DNA of 64,000 bases from Candidatus Latescibacterota bacterium (GTDB taxonomy: Bacteria > Latescibacterota > UBA2968 > UBA8231), in assembly GCA_965221775.1 (NCBI GenBank), contig CBDCSU010000005.1:640001-704000 (forward strand), written 5' to 3'. The notes under the pieces were generated by a model. That model searched no databases. It was not told where the DNA came from and saw nothing but the letters and a program-made list of their open reading frames with translations. Shown piece by piece: positions 41,071 to 49,877 of the stretch. Both the position numbers and the translations under genes were made by a program. Numbering within the stretch: position 1 is the stretch's first letter; each line of letters opens with the position of its first letter.

Positions 41071-44000
41071 TCAGTTGCGCGGCGGGTCCCGCCGCGTCCA
41101 CTTGACGGCGTCGGCCACGACGGTGCGCTCCGGGCCGCGGTCGGTGAGCTCCACGTGGGCGGGACCGGCGGCCAGCGGATAGGTTCCCAGCAGGTTCCAG
41201 CCTTCCTCGGCGGTGGCCATGTCGAGGCCCGCGGACTCGACCCCGTCCTCGTGATGGACGAGGAAGCTCAGTTCATTGCCTCCTCTTCCCCCGCGCCCCC
41301 GCCAGCGGCGCTCCTCGAAGTCCCCGAGGTAGAAGAACAGGTCGTAGCGGCCGTCCTCGCCGATCTCGGTGCGCCACGAGACCCGGCTGCGGCCGTCGCC
41401 CACCTTCTTGTAGTACCCCGAGAGCACGAAGCGGCCGTAGAACCGGGGGTCGGTGGCCGCCTCCCACGAGCCCGGCGGGCTCCAGAAACGGAAGCCCACG
41501 TAGGGGACGGCGGCCGCCTCCAGGTCGAAGAGGTCGGCGACCTGGCGGCGCAGCCAGTTGGGCCGCGCCACCCCCAGGACCTCGAAGCCGGGGTCCTCGT
41601 TGTCGACGACGTACTCGCCCTGCGGCCCGTCCGCCGGCGGCGGCTCCGGGCGCTCGCCGTCGAAGGGCTCGGCGCCTCGCCGCAGCGTGGGCTCCGGCAG
41701 GGGCACCTCGATGCGGGCCGGCAGGTTCCGGGAGACGTAGGTGTCGACCAGCATCTCCGCCACCGGGGCGTCGACGACCAGGCCGACGCGCCGGCTCGAG
41801 GCCGCCGGGACCGCCACCCTGCGGCGGTGCTCCGGGGCGGCGCCGCGGTCGGCCCAGGGATCCCGGTCGGCCCCGCGCAGGCGGAGCCCGACCTCCACCG
41901 CCCCGTCTACCGCCGTGGGGTTGCGGATCGTCAGCTCCACCTGGGTCCGCGTGCGCTCCCCCTGGCGCACCAGCCAGGTGTCGGCCGCCTCGATCTCGTA
42001 CCCCGGCAGCTCGGTGCCGCCGAACCAGGCCTCCAGGCGGGCCTCCGGACCGTCCAACCCGAGGCCCTCCAGCATCTCCAGCAGGTCGGCCTCCGAAGTC
42101 CGGCGGCCGCGGTGACGCTCGAGGAAGCCGGTCATCTCGCGGCCGAAGCGGTCGGGGCCGGCGGTGGCCGCGAAGCCCAGCAGCAACTGCCGCGCCTTGA
42201 TGGCGGCCACCTCCTCCAGCCCCTGCTCCCCCGCCGCTTCGGGGGAGGCCAGCAGCTCCCGAAGGCTGCGCTCCTGCAGCGTCAGCCCGGCCCGCTCCGC
42301 CGCCGTGAGCCCGCTCCACCGCCGGGACCAGTCGTTCTCCCCCGGGGACAGACTCAGCTCGAACCAGGACTCGAGGGCGGCCTGGAGCACCGGCCAGCGC
42401 GGCGACGACAGGTGGGTGGCGAAGGAGACGAACTGGGGCAGCAGGCGGTAGCGGCCGCGCATCCCGCTGTCCCCCAGGGGCGACCACCCGAGGTGCCGGG
42501 TGCCCATGAGGTCGGCCTCGACGAAGGCGCGCAGGTACCCGGACTGCAGGTCGACGGCGCTCTCCAGCTGGTTGGCCCGCTCCTGGCTCCACCGCGAGCG
42601 CCGCTTCAGCCGGCGGAAGTCGGCGGCCTCGCACAGGGTGCCCATCTCCGGCAGGTAGACGATCTCCGGCTGCACCGACTCCTGCGCCAGGGTCCACAGG
42701 CGCCGGTACGACCAGGCCTGCAGGGGCACCTCCACCAGCGACAGGCGCGGGTACGGGTACTCCAGGCCCAGGGCCGTCTCGTACTCGGCGCGCAGCTCGC
42801 GGATCAGCCCCGGCAGGGCCGGACCGAGGGAGTCGAGGTGAGCGTCGAAGTATGCGTGCCCCGGCCGCACGGCGAGGCTGTAGGCGACGCCGTCCACCTC
42901 GACCTGCCGGCGCTCGTACTCCCCCGCCGTGAGCGAGATCCCCGGCAGGGACCCGCCCTCGAAGCGGCAGCGCAGGCCGGCGGCGGTCGTGTCCACCTGC
43001 GCCTCTCCCTGCGAGAACACCGTCCAGCCGCGCGGCACCTGCACGGACAGCCGGAAGCGGGGGTAGCCGCGATGGCCGGCGGCGGGGAAGGCGGCTCCCG
43101 GGGGCAGGCCGGTCACCGGGTACCAGCCGGACTCCGGCGTCAGGTGCAGGAAGCCGGGGGTGACGAAGCCGTAGCTCTTGGCGACGGTGATCACCCAGTA
43201 GCCGAAGCGCTCCTCGAAGCGCTCGCGGTCGACGTCGAGGAAGGCGGCGCCGTCGTCGGGAGCCCCGCGGTAGTCGATGCGCACGCGGGCGCTGTCGCCG
43301 GGAGCCAGGGGCGCGGCGGGGGCGATCCGCAGCAGGTGCCCGTCGCGGCGGAAGGAAGCCTCGGCGCCGTCGACGGCCGCCGCGGCGACCCGGAACCCCG
43401 GGTTGAGGGTGAAGAGCAGCGAGTCGAGGGCCTCGTCATGAGGGTTGCGGAGGTCGATCTCGGCGCCGGCGGCCAGCTCCCGGCCCCGGTGCTCGACCTC
43501 GATCCGACAGGCGGTGGCCGCCGCCGCCGGCTCCGACGCCGCGGCGCGGCTCAGGGAGACCAGGTGCTCGCGGCTGTCGCGGGCGGCGAGGCGGTCCTCC
43601 AGGTAGCTGTTCCCGGTCCACGCGGCGCCCCCGAAGCAGACCGCGGCCACCACCGCCGCCGCGGCGTTGGCCGTCAGCGACTGTCGCAGCCGGGGGGTGA
43701 GCAGGGCGGCGGCGGCCATGCATCCCAGACCCGCGAGCAGGTGCGCGCCGCGCACCCGCACCAGCTGCTCCTCGTTACCGAAGCCGACGAAGTCCGACCA
43801 CGCCATGGGGATCCAGAAGGCGAAGATATCGAAGAGCTGGAACTGGCCCTCCCCCGCGAAGACCGCCGCCGCCCACACGCCGAGCATCAGCACCAGCACC
43901 ACCGCCTGGCTGCGCGCGAGGGTGATCAGCAGGCAGGCGAGGCCGCTGGTGAGGACCAGGGTCGGCAGGGTGCCGAGCAGGGGCAGGAGCACGTACGGCT

Positions 44001-44430
44001 GCCAGGCGAAGGCCGCGTCGGTGAAGAACCGGTGGTTCACGGCCACCACCGCCAGGGACGCCGCCGCGAGCCCTCCCAGGGCGAGGCCGATCCCCAGCAT
44101 CTTGCCGGCCACGTACCCGGGGTTGGTGAAGGAGTTGGCCAGCACCGCCTCGGAGCTGTCGAGCTGGCGGTCGCGCTTGACGAACTCGGTGGCCAGCAGC
44201 GCCGTCACCAGTCCGAGGTAGAGGTTGAGGAGGCGGACGGCGGTCAGCGGCAGGGCCCCCGAGAAGGAGCGGAAGGAGAACGGGGCGCCGCTGAAGGGGG
44301 CGGTGAAGATGATCTGGATGAGGAGGAGGATCCCCACCGCCGCCAGCGCCGACAGGCGGAAGGCCCAGGACCGCCACAGGAGTCGGCACTCGTAGAGGGC
44401 CACCGCCCACCAGCGGCCGGCGAAGGTCAC
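41071..44430 (-). CDS. ABC-2 permease / M1-aminopeptidase-like / golvesin (xanthan-lyase CBM)-like fusion protein
   Basis: N-terminal TM block (ALYECRLLWRS...YVAGK); LFTLNPG, LTPESGWYP, YPYPRLSLVEVP; C-terminal VVDNED...GWNLLGTY...VVADAVKW. GTG overlaps the upstream stop. Confidence 0.8.
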   Translation of the reverse strand: MTFAGRWWAVALYECRLLWRSWAFRLSALAAVGILLLIQIIFTAPFSGAPFSFRSFSGALPLTAVRLLNLYLGLVTALLATEFVKRDRQLDSSEAVLANSFTNPGYVAGKMLGIGLALGGLAAASLAVVAVNHRFFTDAAFAWQPYVLLPLLGTLPTLVLTSGLACLLITLARSQAVVLVLMLGVWAAAVFAGEGQFQLFDIFAFWIPMAWSDFVGFGNEEQLVRVRGAHLLAGLGCMAAAALLTPRLRQSLTANAAAAVVAAVCFGGAAWTGNSYLEDRLAARDSREHLVSLSRAAASEPAAAATACRIEVEHRGRELAAGAEIDLRNPHDEALDSLLFTLNPGFRVAAAAVDGAEASFRRDGHLLRIAPAAPLAPGDSARVRIDYRGAPDDGAAFLDVDRERFEERFGYWVITVAKSYGFVTPGFLHLTPESGWYPVTGLPPGAAFPAAGHRGYPRFRLSVQVPRGWTVFSQGEAQVDTTAAGLRCRFEGGSLPGISLTAGEYERRQVEVDGVAYSLAVRPGHAYFDAHLDSLGPALPGLIRELRAEYETALGLEYPYPRLSLVEVPLQAWSYRRLWTLAQESVQPEIVYLPEMGTLCEAADFRRLKRRSRWSQERANQLESAVDLQSGYLRAFVEADLMGTRHLGWSPLGDSGMRGRYRLLPQFVSFATHLSSPRWPVLQAALESWFELSLSPGENDWSRRWSGLTAAERAGLTLQERSLRELLASPEAAGEQGLEEVAAIKARQLLLGFAATAGPDRFGREMTGFLERHRGRRTSEADLLEMLEGLGLDGPEARLEAWFGGTELPGYEIEAADTWLVRQGERTRTQVELTIRNPTAVDGAVEVGLRLRGADRDPWADRGAAPEHRRRVAVPAASSRRVGLVVDAPVAEMLVDTYVSRNLPARIEVPLPEPTLRRGAEPFDGERPEPPPADGPQGEYVVDNEDPGFEVLGVARPNWLRRQVADLFDLEAAAVPYVGFRFWSPPGSWEAATDPRFYGRFVLSGYYKKVGDGRSRVSWRTEIGEDGRYDLFFYLGDFEERRWRGRGGRGGNELSFLVHHEDGVESAGLDMATAEEGWNLLGTYPLAAGPAHVELTDRGPERTVVADAVKWTRRDPPRN

Positions 44431-45317
44431 GGACTCCCGCCCTCCGGCTCGATCGACTGCAGGTGATGGAGGTAGGCGTCCTCGAGGCCGGGGGCCGCCG
44501 CCTCCGCCGAGGCCGCGGGCGGCTCGTCGGCCACCAGGCGGACCTCGTATCCGGCCACCGAGGGCACCGTGGAGACCACGGCGAAGCGCTCCTTGAGCCC
44601 GTCCAGCTCGGCGTCGGTGGCCGCCACCTTCCAGACGCGCCCCCGGGCCGAGTCGATCAGCCCCTCCGGCGAGCCCTGGTAGGCGATCCGCCCCCGGCTC
44701 AGCAGCGCCATGTCGGTGCAAGTCGAGGAGATGTCCCCCACGATGTGGGTGGAGAGGAGGATGACCATCTCCCCCCGGGCCAGGTCGGCCAGCAGGTTGC
44801 GGAAGCGCAGCCGCTCCTGGGGATCGAGGCCCACCGTGGGCTCGTCCACCACCAGGATCGAGGGATCGCCCACCAGGGTCTGGGCGATGCCGAGGCGGCG
44901 CTTCATGCCGCCCGACAGCTTGCCCGCCTGCCGGTCGCGCACCTCGAAGAGGCCCACCAGCTCCAGGAGCCGGTCGACCGCCTCGGCCCGCTGGCGGCGG
45001 CCCAGGCCGCGGAGGCGCGCCTGGTAGTCGAGAACCTCCCACGCCGCCAGCCGCGGGAAGCGGCTGAACTCCTGGGGCAGGTAGCTGACCATGCGCCGCA
45101 CCTGGGCCCGGTGGCGGTCGACGTCCAGGCCGGCCACCAGGACGCGGCCGGAGGTCGCCTTCAGCAGGGTGACGAGGATGCGGATGAGGGTGGTCTTGCC
45201 GGCGCCGTTGGGCCCGAGGAGGCCGAACATGCCGCTGCCGATCTCCAGGTCCACCTCCCGGAGAGCGTGGAAGCCGCCGCGGTAGCGCTTGGTCAGGCCT
45301 TGTATCTCGATTCTCAT
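44427..45317 (-). CDS. ABC transporter ATP-binding protein
   Basis: GPNGAGKTT, LSGGMKRR, VVDEPT, LSTH, LEDAYL. Confidence 0.95.
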   Translation of the reverse strand: MRIEIQGLTKRYRGGFHALREVDLEIGSGMFGLLGPNGAGKTTLIRILVTLLKATSGRVLVAGLDVDRHRAQVRRMVSYLPQEFSRFPRLAAWEVLDYQARLRGLGRRQRAEAVDRLLELVGLFEVRDRQAGKLSGGMKRRLGIAQTLVGDPSILVVDEPTVGLDPQERLRFRNLLADLARGEMVILLSTHIVGDISSTCTDMALLSRGRIAYQGSPEGLIDSARGRVWKVAATDAELDGLKERFAVVSTVPSVAGYEVRLVADEPPAASAEAAAPGLEDAYLHHLQSIEPEGGSP

Positions 45318-45384
45318 GCGAGTTCTCCGGCAGGCCAAGAACCCCCGGAACCCGGACTCCCGCAAGGGGAGCGGCCGGGCTCCC

Positions 45385-45490
45385 GCGGCCGGGGGGCGCC
45401 GCGGCGCCTTGGGCGCGCAGATGCCGGCCCCGGTACCTGCGGCCGGGGGCGCCTCCGGCCTCTAGACGCGCAGCTGCCGCCCGAGATCCT
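45385..45490. repeat. Diverged tandem duplication (about 54 bp) spanning the epimerase stop codon
   Basis: GCGGCCGGGGG(G)CGCC...CGCGCAG(A/C)TGCCG..CC begins at 45385 and 45439. Confidence 0.6.
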
Positions 45491-46562
45491 CCAGGACGCG
45501 GGACCAGCGGCCGGCGAACTCGATCTCGGCGGGGCGTTCCTCCGGGTGCTTTGCGGTGGACAGGCGGCCGGGGTCGGCGGCGTACCACTCGACGGTCCTG
45601 CGGGTCCACTCGACCCCGGAGAGGCGGAAGTCCAGCCCCACGTCGGCCTGGGCCCGGTCGAGGTTCATCAGCAGCGGGCAGGAGCTGAAGGGCGCGAAGG
45701 ACCAGACCTTCCACGGCAGGCCCGAGTGGCGCTCCAGAACCTCGGAAGGCACCGGCACGGTGCGCAGCGGCCGGTCCGCGGCCTCGGCCATGACCCGCAG
45801 CCAGTTGACCAGGGACGGAGACTCGGCCTGGGCGTAGTTGTAAGTGTTGCGCGGCGGTCCGTCCTCCAGGAGCCGCACCAGGAAGCGGGCCAGGTCCTCG
45901 GAGAAGCCGACCTGCACCGCGTGGACACCGCCGTCGGGCAGCAGGATCGGCCCGCCGTCGAGGATCCGCGTCAGCCACCAGGCGAACCTCCCCGAGGGGT
46001 CCGCCGGGCCGAGGGTGGCCGGCACGCGAACGACGATCCAGGGCCAGTCGGCGGGCGACTCCAGCATGACCCGCTCCATCATGCGCTTGCCCTCGCCGTA
46101 CTCGTCGACGTCGTCGCGGTAGTCCCAGGACTGGCCGGAGACGTCGAGGTCGGCCTCGCGCACCGGCTCGAGGGCGCGGTAGTCGACGGCGAAGCGCTCC
46201 TCGTCGGGGAGGGGCTCGGTCACCGTGGACCGGCGGTGGGAGTGACCCGCCTCGCCGTAGACCGAAACGGTGCTGGCCACCACGTAGCGTCCGACGCGCC
46301 CCCGCAGGGCGCCGATGGCGGCCTCGGCCTCGCCGCGGTTGAAGCACTGGTTGTCGATGACGCCGTCGAAGCGGCGGCCCTCCAGGCTGCGGGCGAGACC
46401 GTCGGCGTCCTGGCGGTCGCCCTCGATGTGCTCGATGTCGTCCCAGAACCACGGCCGCGAGTTTCCCCGGCTGAAGATCGAGACGCGATGGCCGGCCTCC
46501 AGCATCTGCTCGACGGCGGCCAGTCCGAAGTACCCCGTGCCTCCCATGACCAGAACGTCCAC
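45462..46562 (-). CDS. NAD-dependent epimerase/dehydratase (atypical SDR)
   Basis: VLVMGGTGYFG, EGDR, STVSVY, YGEGK. Confidence 0.88.
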   Translation of the reverse strand: MDVLVMGGTGYFGLAAVEQMLEAGHRVSIFSRGNSRPWFWDDIEHIEGDRQDADGLARSLEGRRFDGVIDNQCFNRGEAEAAIGALRGRVGRYVVASTVSVYGEAGHSHRRSTVTEPLPDEERFAVDYRALEPVREADLDVSGQSWDYRDDVDEYGEGKRMMERVMLESPADWPWIVVRVPATLGPADPSGRFAWWLTRILDGGPILLPDGGVHAVQVGFSEDLARFLVRLLEDGPPRNTYNYAQAESPSLVNWLRVMAEAADRPLRTVPVPSEVLERHSGLPWKVWSFAPFSSCPLLMNLDRAQADVGLDFRLSGVEWTRRTVEWYAADPGRLSTAKHPEERPAEIEFAGRWSRVLEDLGRQLRV

Positions 46563-46589
46563 CCGGCTCTCCTTTCCTCGGGCCGGCGG

Positions 46590-47549
46590 TCAGCCGGCCG
46601 GCCTCTGCATGAAACGGCGGAGCCGCCACAGCCGCGACGGCGTCTTGCGCACCAGGTGATAGGGGACCTGGCGGGCGCCGAAGGCGCGGAAGAACCGCTC
46701 CACCGGCTCGAGCATGGAGCCCTCGAAGTCGAAGCGCCGGGTCACCGCCGCCGCGTGGCGGATGGCGTGCCACAGGCACAGACTGGTGGCCCCGCTGGTG
46801 CGCAGCTCCGGGTCCCCGCCCCCGATCAGGTAGTAGGCGCTGTCCTCGTCCCAGACGACGTAGGCGCCGGCGTGGGCGCGCCCCTCGCCGTCCTCGGCGA
46901 TCCAGATCCGCCGGCAGCCGCGGGACTGGCAGGCGCGGTCGATGCTGTCGACGACCCCGGGCGCATAGGGGACGGGCCTCCCCTGCCGGGCGAAGGTCTT
47001 GCGGTTGAGGTCGTGCATCTCGGCGGGCGAATCGGCGCTGCGCACGGTGAGGCCGTGGCGGCCCTCGGCCTTGCGGATCTCGCGGCGGATGTTCTCCCGC
47101 AGGTTGGCCCACAGGGCGGCCTCGTCGCGCAGGTCGGGCAGGACGTAGGTGTAGCGCGTCGTCTGCGCGAACCCCCTCCAGTGGAAGGGCAGCCAGTTGG
47201 TGACCCCGTGGTGCCACCCCTGCTCGAAGTGGGCGAAGGGCGGCAGCCGGTCGATCAGCTCCGTCATGACCCGCTTCTGGCGCTCCAGGGTCCCCGCCGG
47301 CCCGGCGTCCGTCTCCCGCACCCAGGGGCCGAGGGTCGGGGTCAGCGGCGGCTGCACGAGCAGGGTCAGCCCCAGGCGCCGGCGCGCGTAGTACGGCAGG
47401 GAGCCGGCCACGGCTCCGCCGTGCTCGACGACGGCCGCGTCCCAGTGCCCGGGGCCGCAGACCGCGTCGAGCCACCAGTCCCGGCAGAACAGGGGCAGGC
47501 GGACTCCCTCCTCCTGCATCAGGGAACGGTAGGCGTCCTTGTCACTCAT
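46590..47549 (-). CDS. GNAT/FemAB-like acyltransferase
   Basis: LFCRDWWLDAV, QPPLTPTLGP, NWLPF, RREIRKA, FDFEGSM..VERFFRAFGA. Confidence 0.85.
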   Translation of the reverse strand: MSDKDAYRSLMQEEGVRLPLFCRDWWLDAVCGPGHWDAAVVEHGGAVAGSLPYYARRRLGLTLLVQPPLTPTLGPWVRETDAGPAGTLERQKRVMTELIDRLPPFAHFEQGWHHGVTNWLPFHWRGFAQTTRYTYVLPDLRDEAALWANLRENIRREIRKAEGRHGLTVRSADSPAEMHDLNRKTFARQGRPVPYAPGVVDSIDRACQSRGCRRIWIAEDGEGRAHAGAYVVWDEDSAYYLIGGGDPELRTSGATSLCLWHAIRHAAAVTRRFDFEGSMLEPVERFFRAFGARQVPYHLVRKTPSRLWRLRRFMQRPAG

Positions 47550-47689
47550 TCGGGTCGGCGGTCTCGCCTTCCAAAGGCGGAGTTCCGTTGCTCGCGATGT
47601 ACGGGGGCGCTACTATGGCCTAGCATAGCGAAGGAGGCGGCAGCGGCAAACCTCGGGCCCCCTCGGGCCCTTCCCCCGACGGATCGCGA

Positions 47690-48526
47690 ATGCTCATCGG
47701 CGGCTTCACCCGGATCTTCGACCGTCCCTCCTTCGAAGAGGTCCTCGACGCCGCCGCCGGCCACGGCCTCCGGGCCCTCCAGCTCAACCTCGAGTCCCTC
47801 GGCCTGCCGCCGATGCCCGACCGCCTCGACCCGGACCTCTGCCGCCGCGTCCGCGACGAGGTCGAGTCGCGGAGCCTGACCCTGGCCGCGGTCTCCGGCA
47901 CCTTCAACATCATTCACCCGGACCTCGAGGAGCGCGCCCGCAACTTCCGCGGCCTCCGCGAGCTGGCCGCCGCCTGCCCGGCCTTGGGGGCCCCCCTGAT
48001 CACGTTCTCCACCGGCACCCGCAACGCCGACTACATGTGGGCTTCCCATCCCGACAACGGCTCTCCCGAGGCGTGGGCCGACATGCTCGAGTCGATGGCC
48101 GAGGCCGTGGAGATCGCCACCGAGCACGAGGTGCCCCTGGTCTTCGAGCCCGAGGTCTCCAACGTGGTCGACTCGGCGCTCAAGGCGCGGCGGCTCCTCG
48201 ACCACTTCGGGTCGCCCTTCCTCAAGGTCGTCATCGACGGCGCCAACCTCTTCGGCGCCGGGGACCTGCCGCGCATGGCCGAGGTCCTGGACGAGGCCTT
48301 CGACCTCCTCGGCCCCGACATCGAGATGGCCCACGCCAAGGACCTGGTGCGCGACGGCGAGGCCGGCCACGTGGCGGCGGGCACGGGTCTGCTGGACTAC
48401 GAGCGCTACCTGCGGCGGCTGCGCGAGGCCGGCTTCGACGGCGGCCTCATCCTCCACAGCCTCGACGAGGAGCAGGTGCCCGGCTCCGTGAGGTTCCTGC
48501 GCCAGACCCTGGAGCGCATCGGCTGA
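47690..48526 (+). CDS. Sugar phosphate isomerase/epimerase
   Basis: SGTFNIIHPD, FEPE, VIDGAN, AHAKD, AAGTGLLDY. Confidence 0.88.
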   Translation: MLIGGFTRIFDRPSFEEVLDAAAGHGLRALQLNLESLGLPPMPDRLDPDLCRRVRDEVESRSLTLAAVSGTFNIIHPDLEERARNFRGLRELAAACPALGAPLITFSTGTRNADYMWASHPDNGSPEAWADMLESMAEAVEIATEHEVPLVFEPEVSNVVDSALKARRLLDHFGSPFLKVVIDGANLFGAGDLPRMAEVLDEAFDLLGPDIEMAHAKDLVRDGEAGHVAAGTGLLDYERYLRRLREAGFDGGLILHSLDEEQVPGSVRFLRQTLERIG

Positions 48527-48537
48527 GGGCCGCTGCC

Positions 48538-49875
48538 ATGGCCACGAAGGGAGACTCCCTCTTTCTCAAAGACCCCGCCGGCGACTACCCGACGATTGTC
48601 CGCGGCGAGGGAATCCATCTCTACGACGACCGGGGCCGGCGTTACATCGACGGCGCCGCCGGCGCCAGCAACGTCACCCTGGGCCACGGACGCGCGGATA
48701 TCGCCCGGGTCATGGGGGAGCAGGCGGAGACCCTGGCCTACGCGTTCTCCATCCACTTCGAGAACCAGCCCGCCCGCGACTATGCGGCGCGGCTGACGGC
48801 GGCGGCCCCGGGTGACCTCGACAAGGCCTACTTCGTCTCCGGCGGCTCGGAGGCGATCGAGACGGCCCTGAAGATCGCCCGCCAGTACCACCTGCTGCGG
48901 GGCAACGTGGGCAAGCAGTTGGTGATCTCCCGCTGGGGCGGCTACCACGGCGGCACCCTTGGGGCCATGTCCCTCAGCGGCGTGCCGGGGCCGCGGGCGC
49001 CCTTCGCCCCCTGGCTGGCCGACTTCCCCCACATCGCCCCCTGCTATCCCTACCGCTGCCGCTTCGAGGGCTGCAACGGCGTCTGCAACCTCAGCTGCGC
49101 CGACGACCTGGAGGCCGAGATCCGCCGCCGCGGCCCGGAGAACGTGGCCGCCTTCGTCTGCGAGCCGGTGCCGATCGCCGCCTTCGTCTGCGGCGTTCCT
49201 CCGGAGGGCTACTTCGCCCGCGTGCGCGAGATCTGCGACCGCCACGACGTGCTCTTCATCGCCGACGAGATCGTCACCGGCTTCGGCCGCAGCGGCCGGC
49301 TCTTCGCCATGGAGCACTGGGACGTGCGGCCCGACATGATCGTCTTCGGCAAGGGGGCCAGCAGCGGCTACATCCCCCTCGGGGGCGTGCTCCTGCGGCA
49401 GACCGTGGCCGATGCCTTCGCCGAGGCCGGCCAGGAGTTCCACCACATCTTCACCTACGTCAACAACCCCGTGGCCATGCGCGTCGGTCTGGAGGTCCTC
49501 GACATCATCGAGCGCGAGGAGATCCTCGGCCGCGTCACCGATCTGGCCGCCCATCTCGAGTCGCAGGCCGGGCGTTTCCGCGAGCATCCGAGCGTCGGCG
49601 AGGTCCGCATCTTCGGGCTGATCCTGGGCATCGAGCTGGTGCAGGACCGGAAGAGCCGCCGGCCCTTCCCCGCCGAGGCCGGTTTCAGCCGCCGGGTGGC
49701 CGGCCACATGCGCGAGCGCGGCCTCAACGCCGGCTCCACCACGGGCTGCGCCGACGGCGTCAACGGCGACGACCTCCGCTTCTATCCGCCGTTGACCATC
49801 ACCCGCCAGGAACTGGACGGCCTGCTCGACATCGTCGAAGAGTCCCTGGCCGCCGCCGAGAAGGAGGTCCTGTAG
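48538..49875 (+). CDS. Class III PLP-dependent aminotransferase
   Basis: RGEGIHLYD, SGGSEAIETA, YHGGT, IADEIVTGFGRSG, FGKG (PLP lysine). Confidence 0.93.
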   Translation: MATKGDSLFLKDPAGDYPTIVRGEGIHLYDDRGRRYIDGAAGASNVTLGHGRADIARVMGEQAETLAYAFSIHFENQPARDYAARLTAAAPGDLDKAYFVSGGSEAIETALKIARQYHLLRGNVGKQLVISRWGGYHGGTLGAMSLSGVPGPRAPFAPWLADFPHIAPCYPYRCRFEGCNGVCNLSCADDLEAEIRRRGPENVAAFVCEPVPIAAFVCGVPPEGYFARVREICDRHDVLFIADEIVTGFGRSGRLFAMEHWDVRPDMIVFGKGASSGYIPLGGVLLRQTVADAFAEAGQEFHHIFTYVNNPVAMRVGLEVLDIIEREEILGRVTDLAAHLESQAGRFREHPSVGEVRIFGLILGIELVQDRKSRRPFPAEAGFSRRVAGHMRERGLNAGSTTGCADGVNGDDLRFYPPLTITRQELDGLLDIVEESLAAAEKEVL

Positions 49876-49877
49876 CC

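Noticed and set aside
44431-47475. N-terminal ~1015 aa of the 2134-aa ORF
   Set aside because: Shadow frame across three real genes; the real start is the GTG at 44430.
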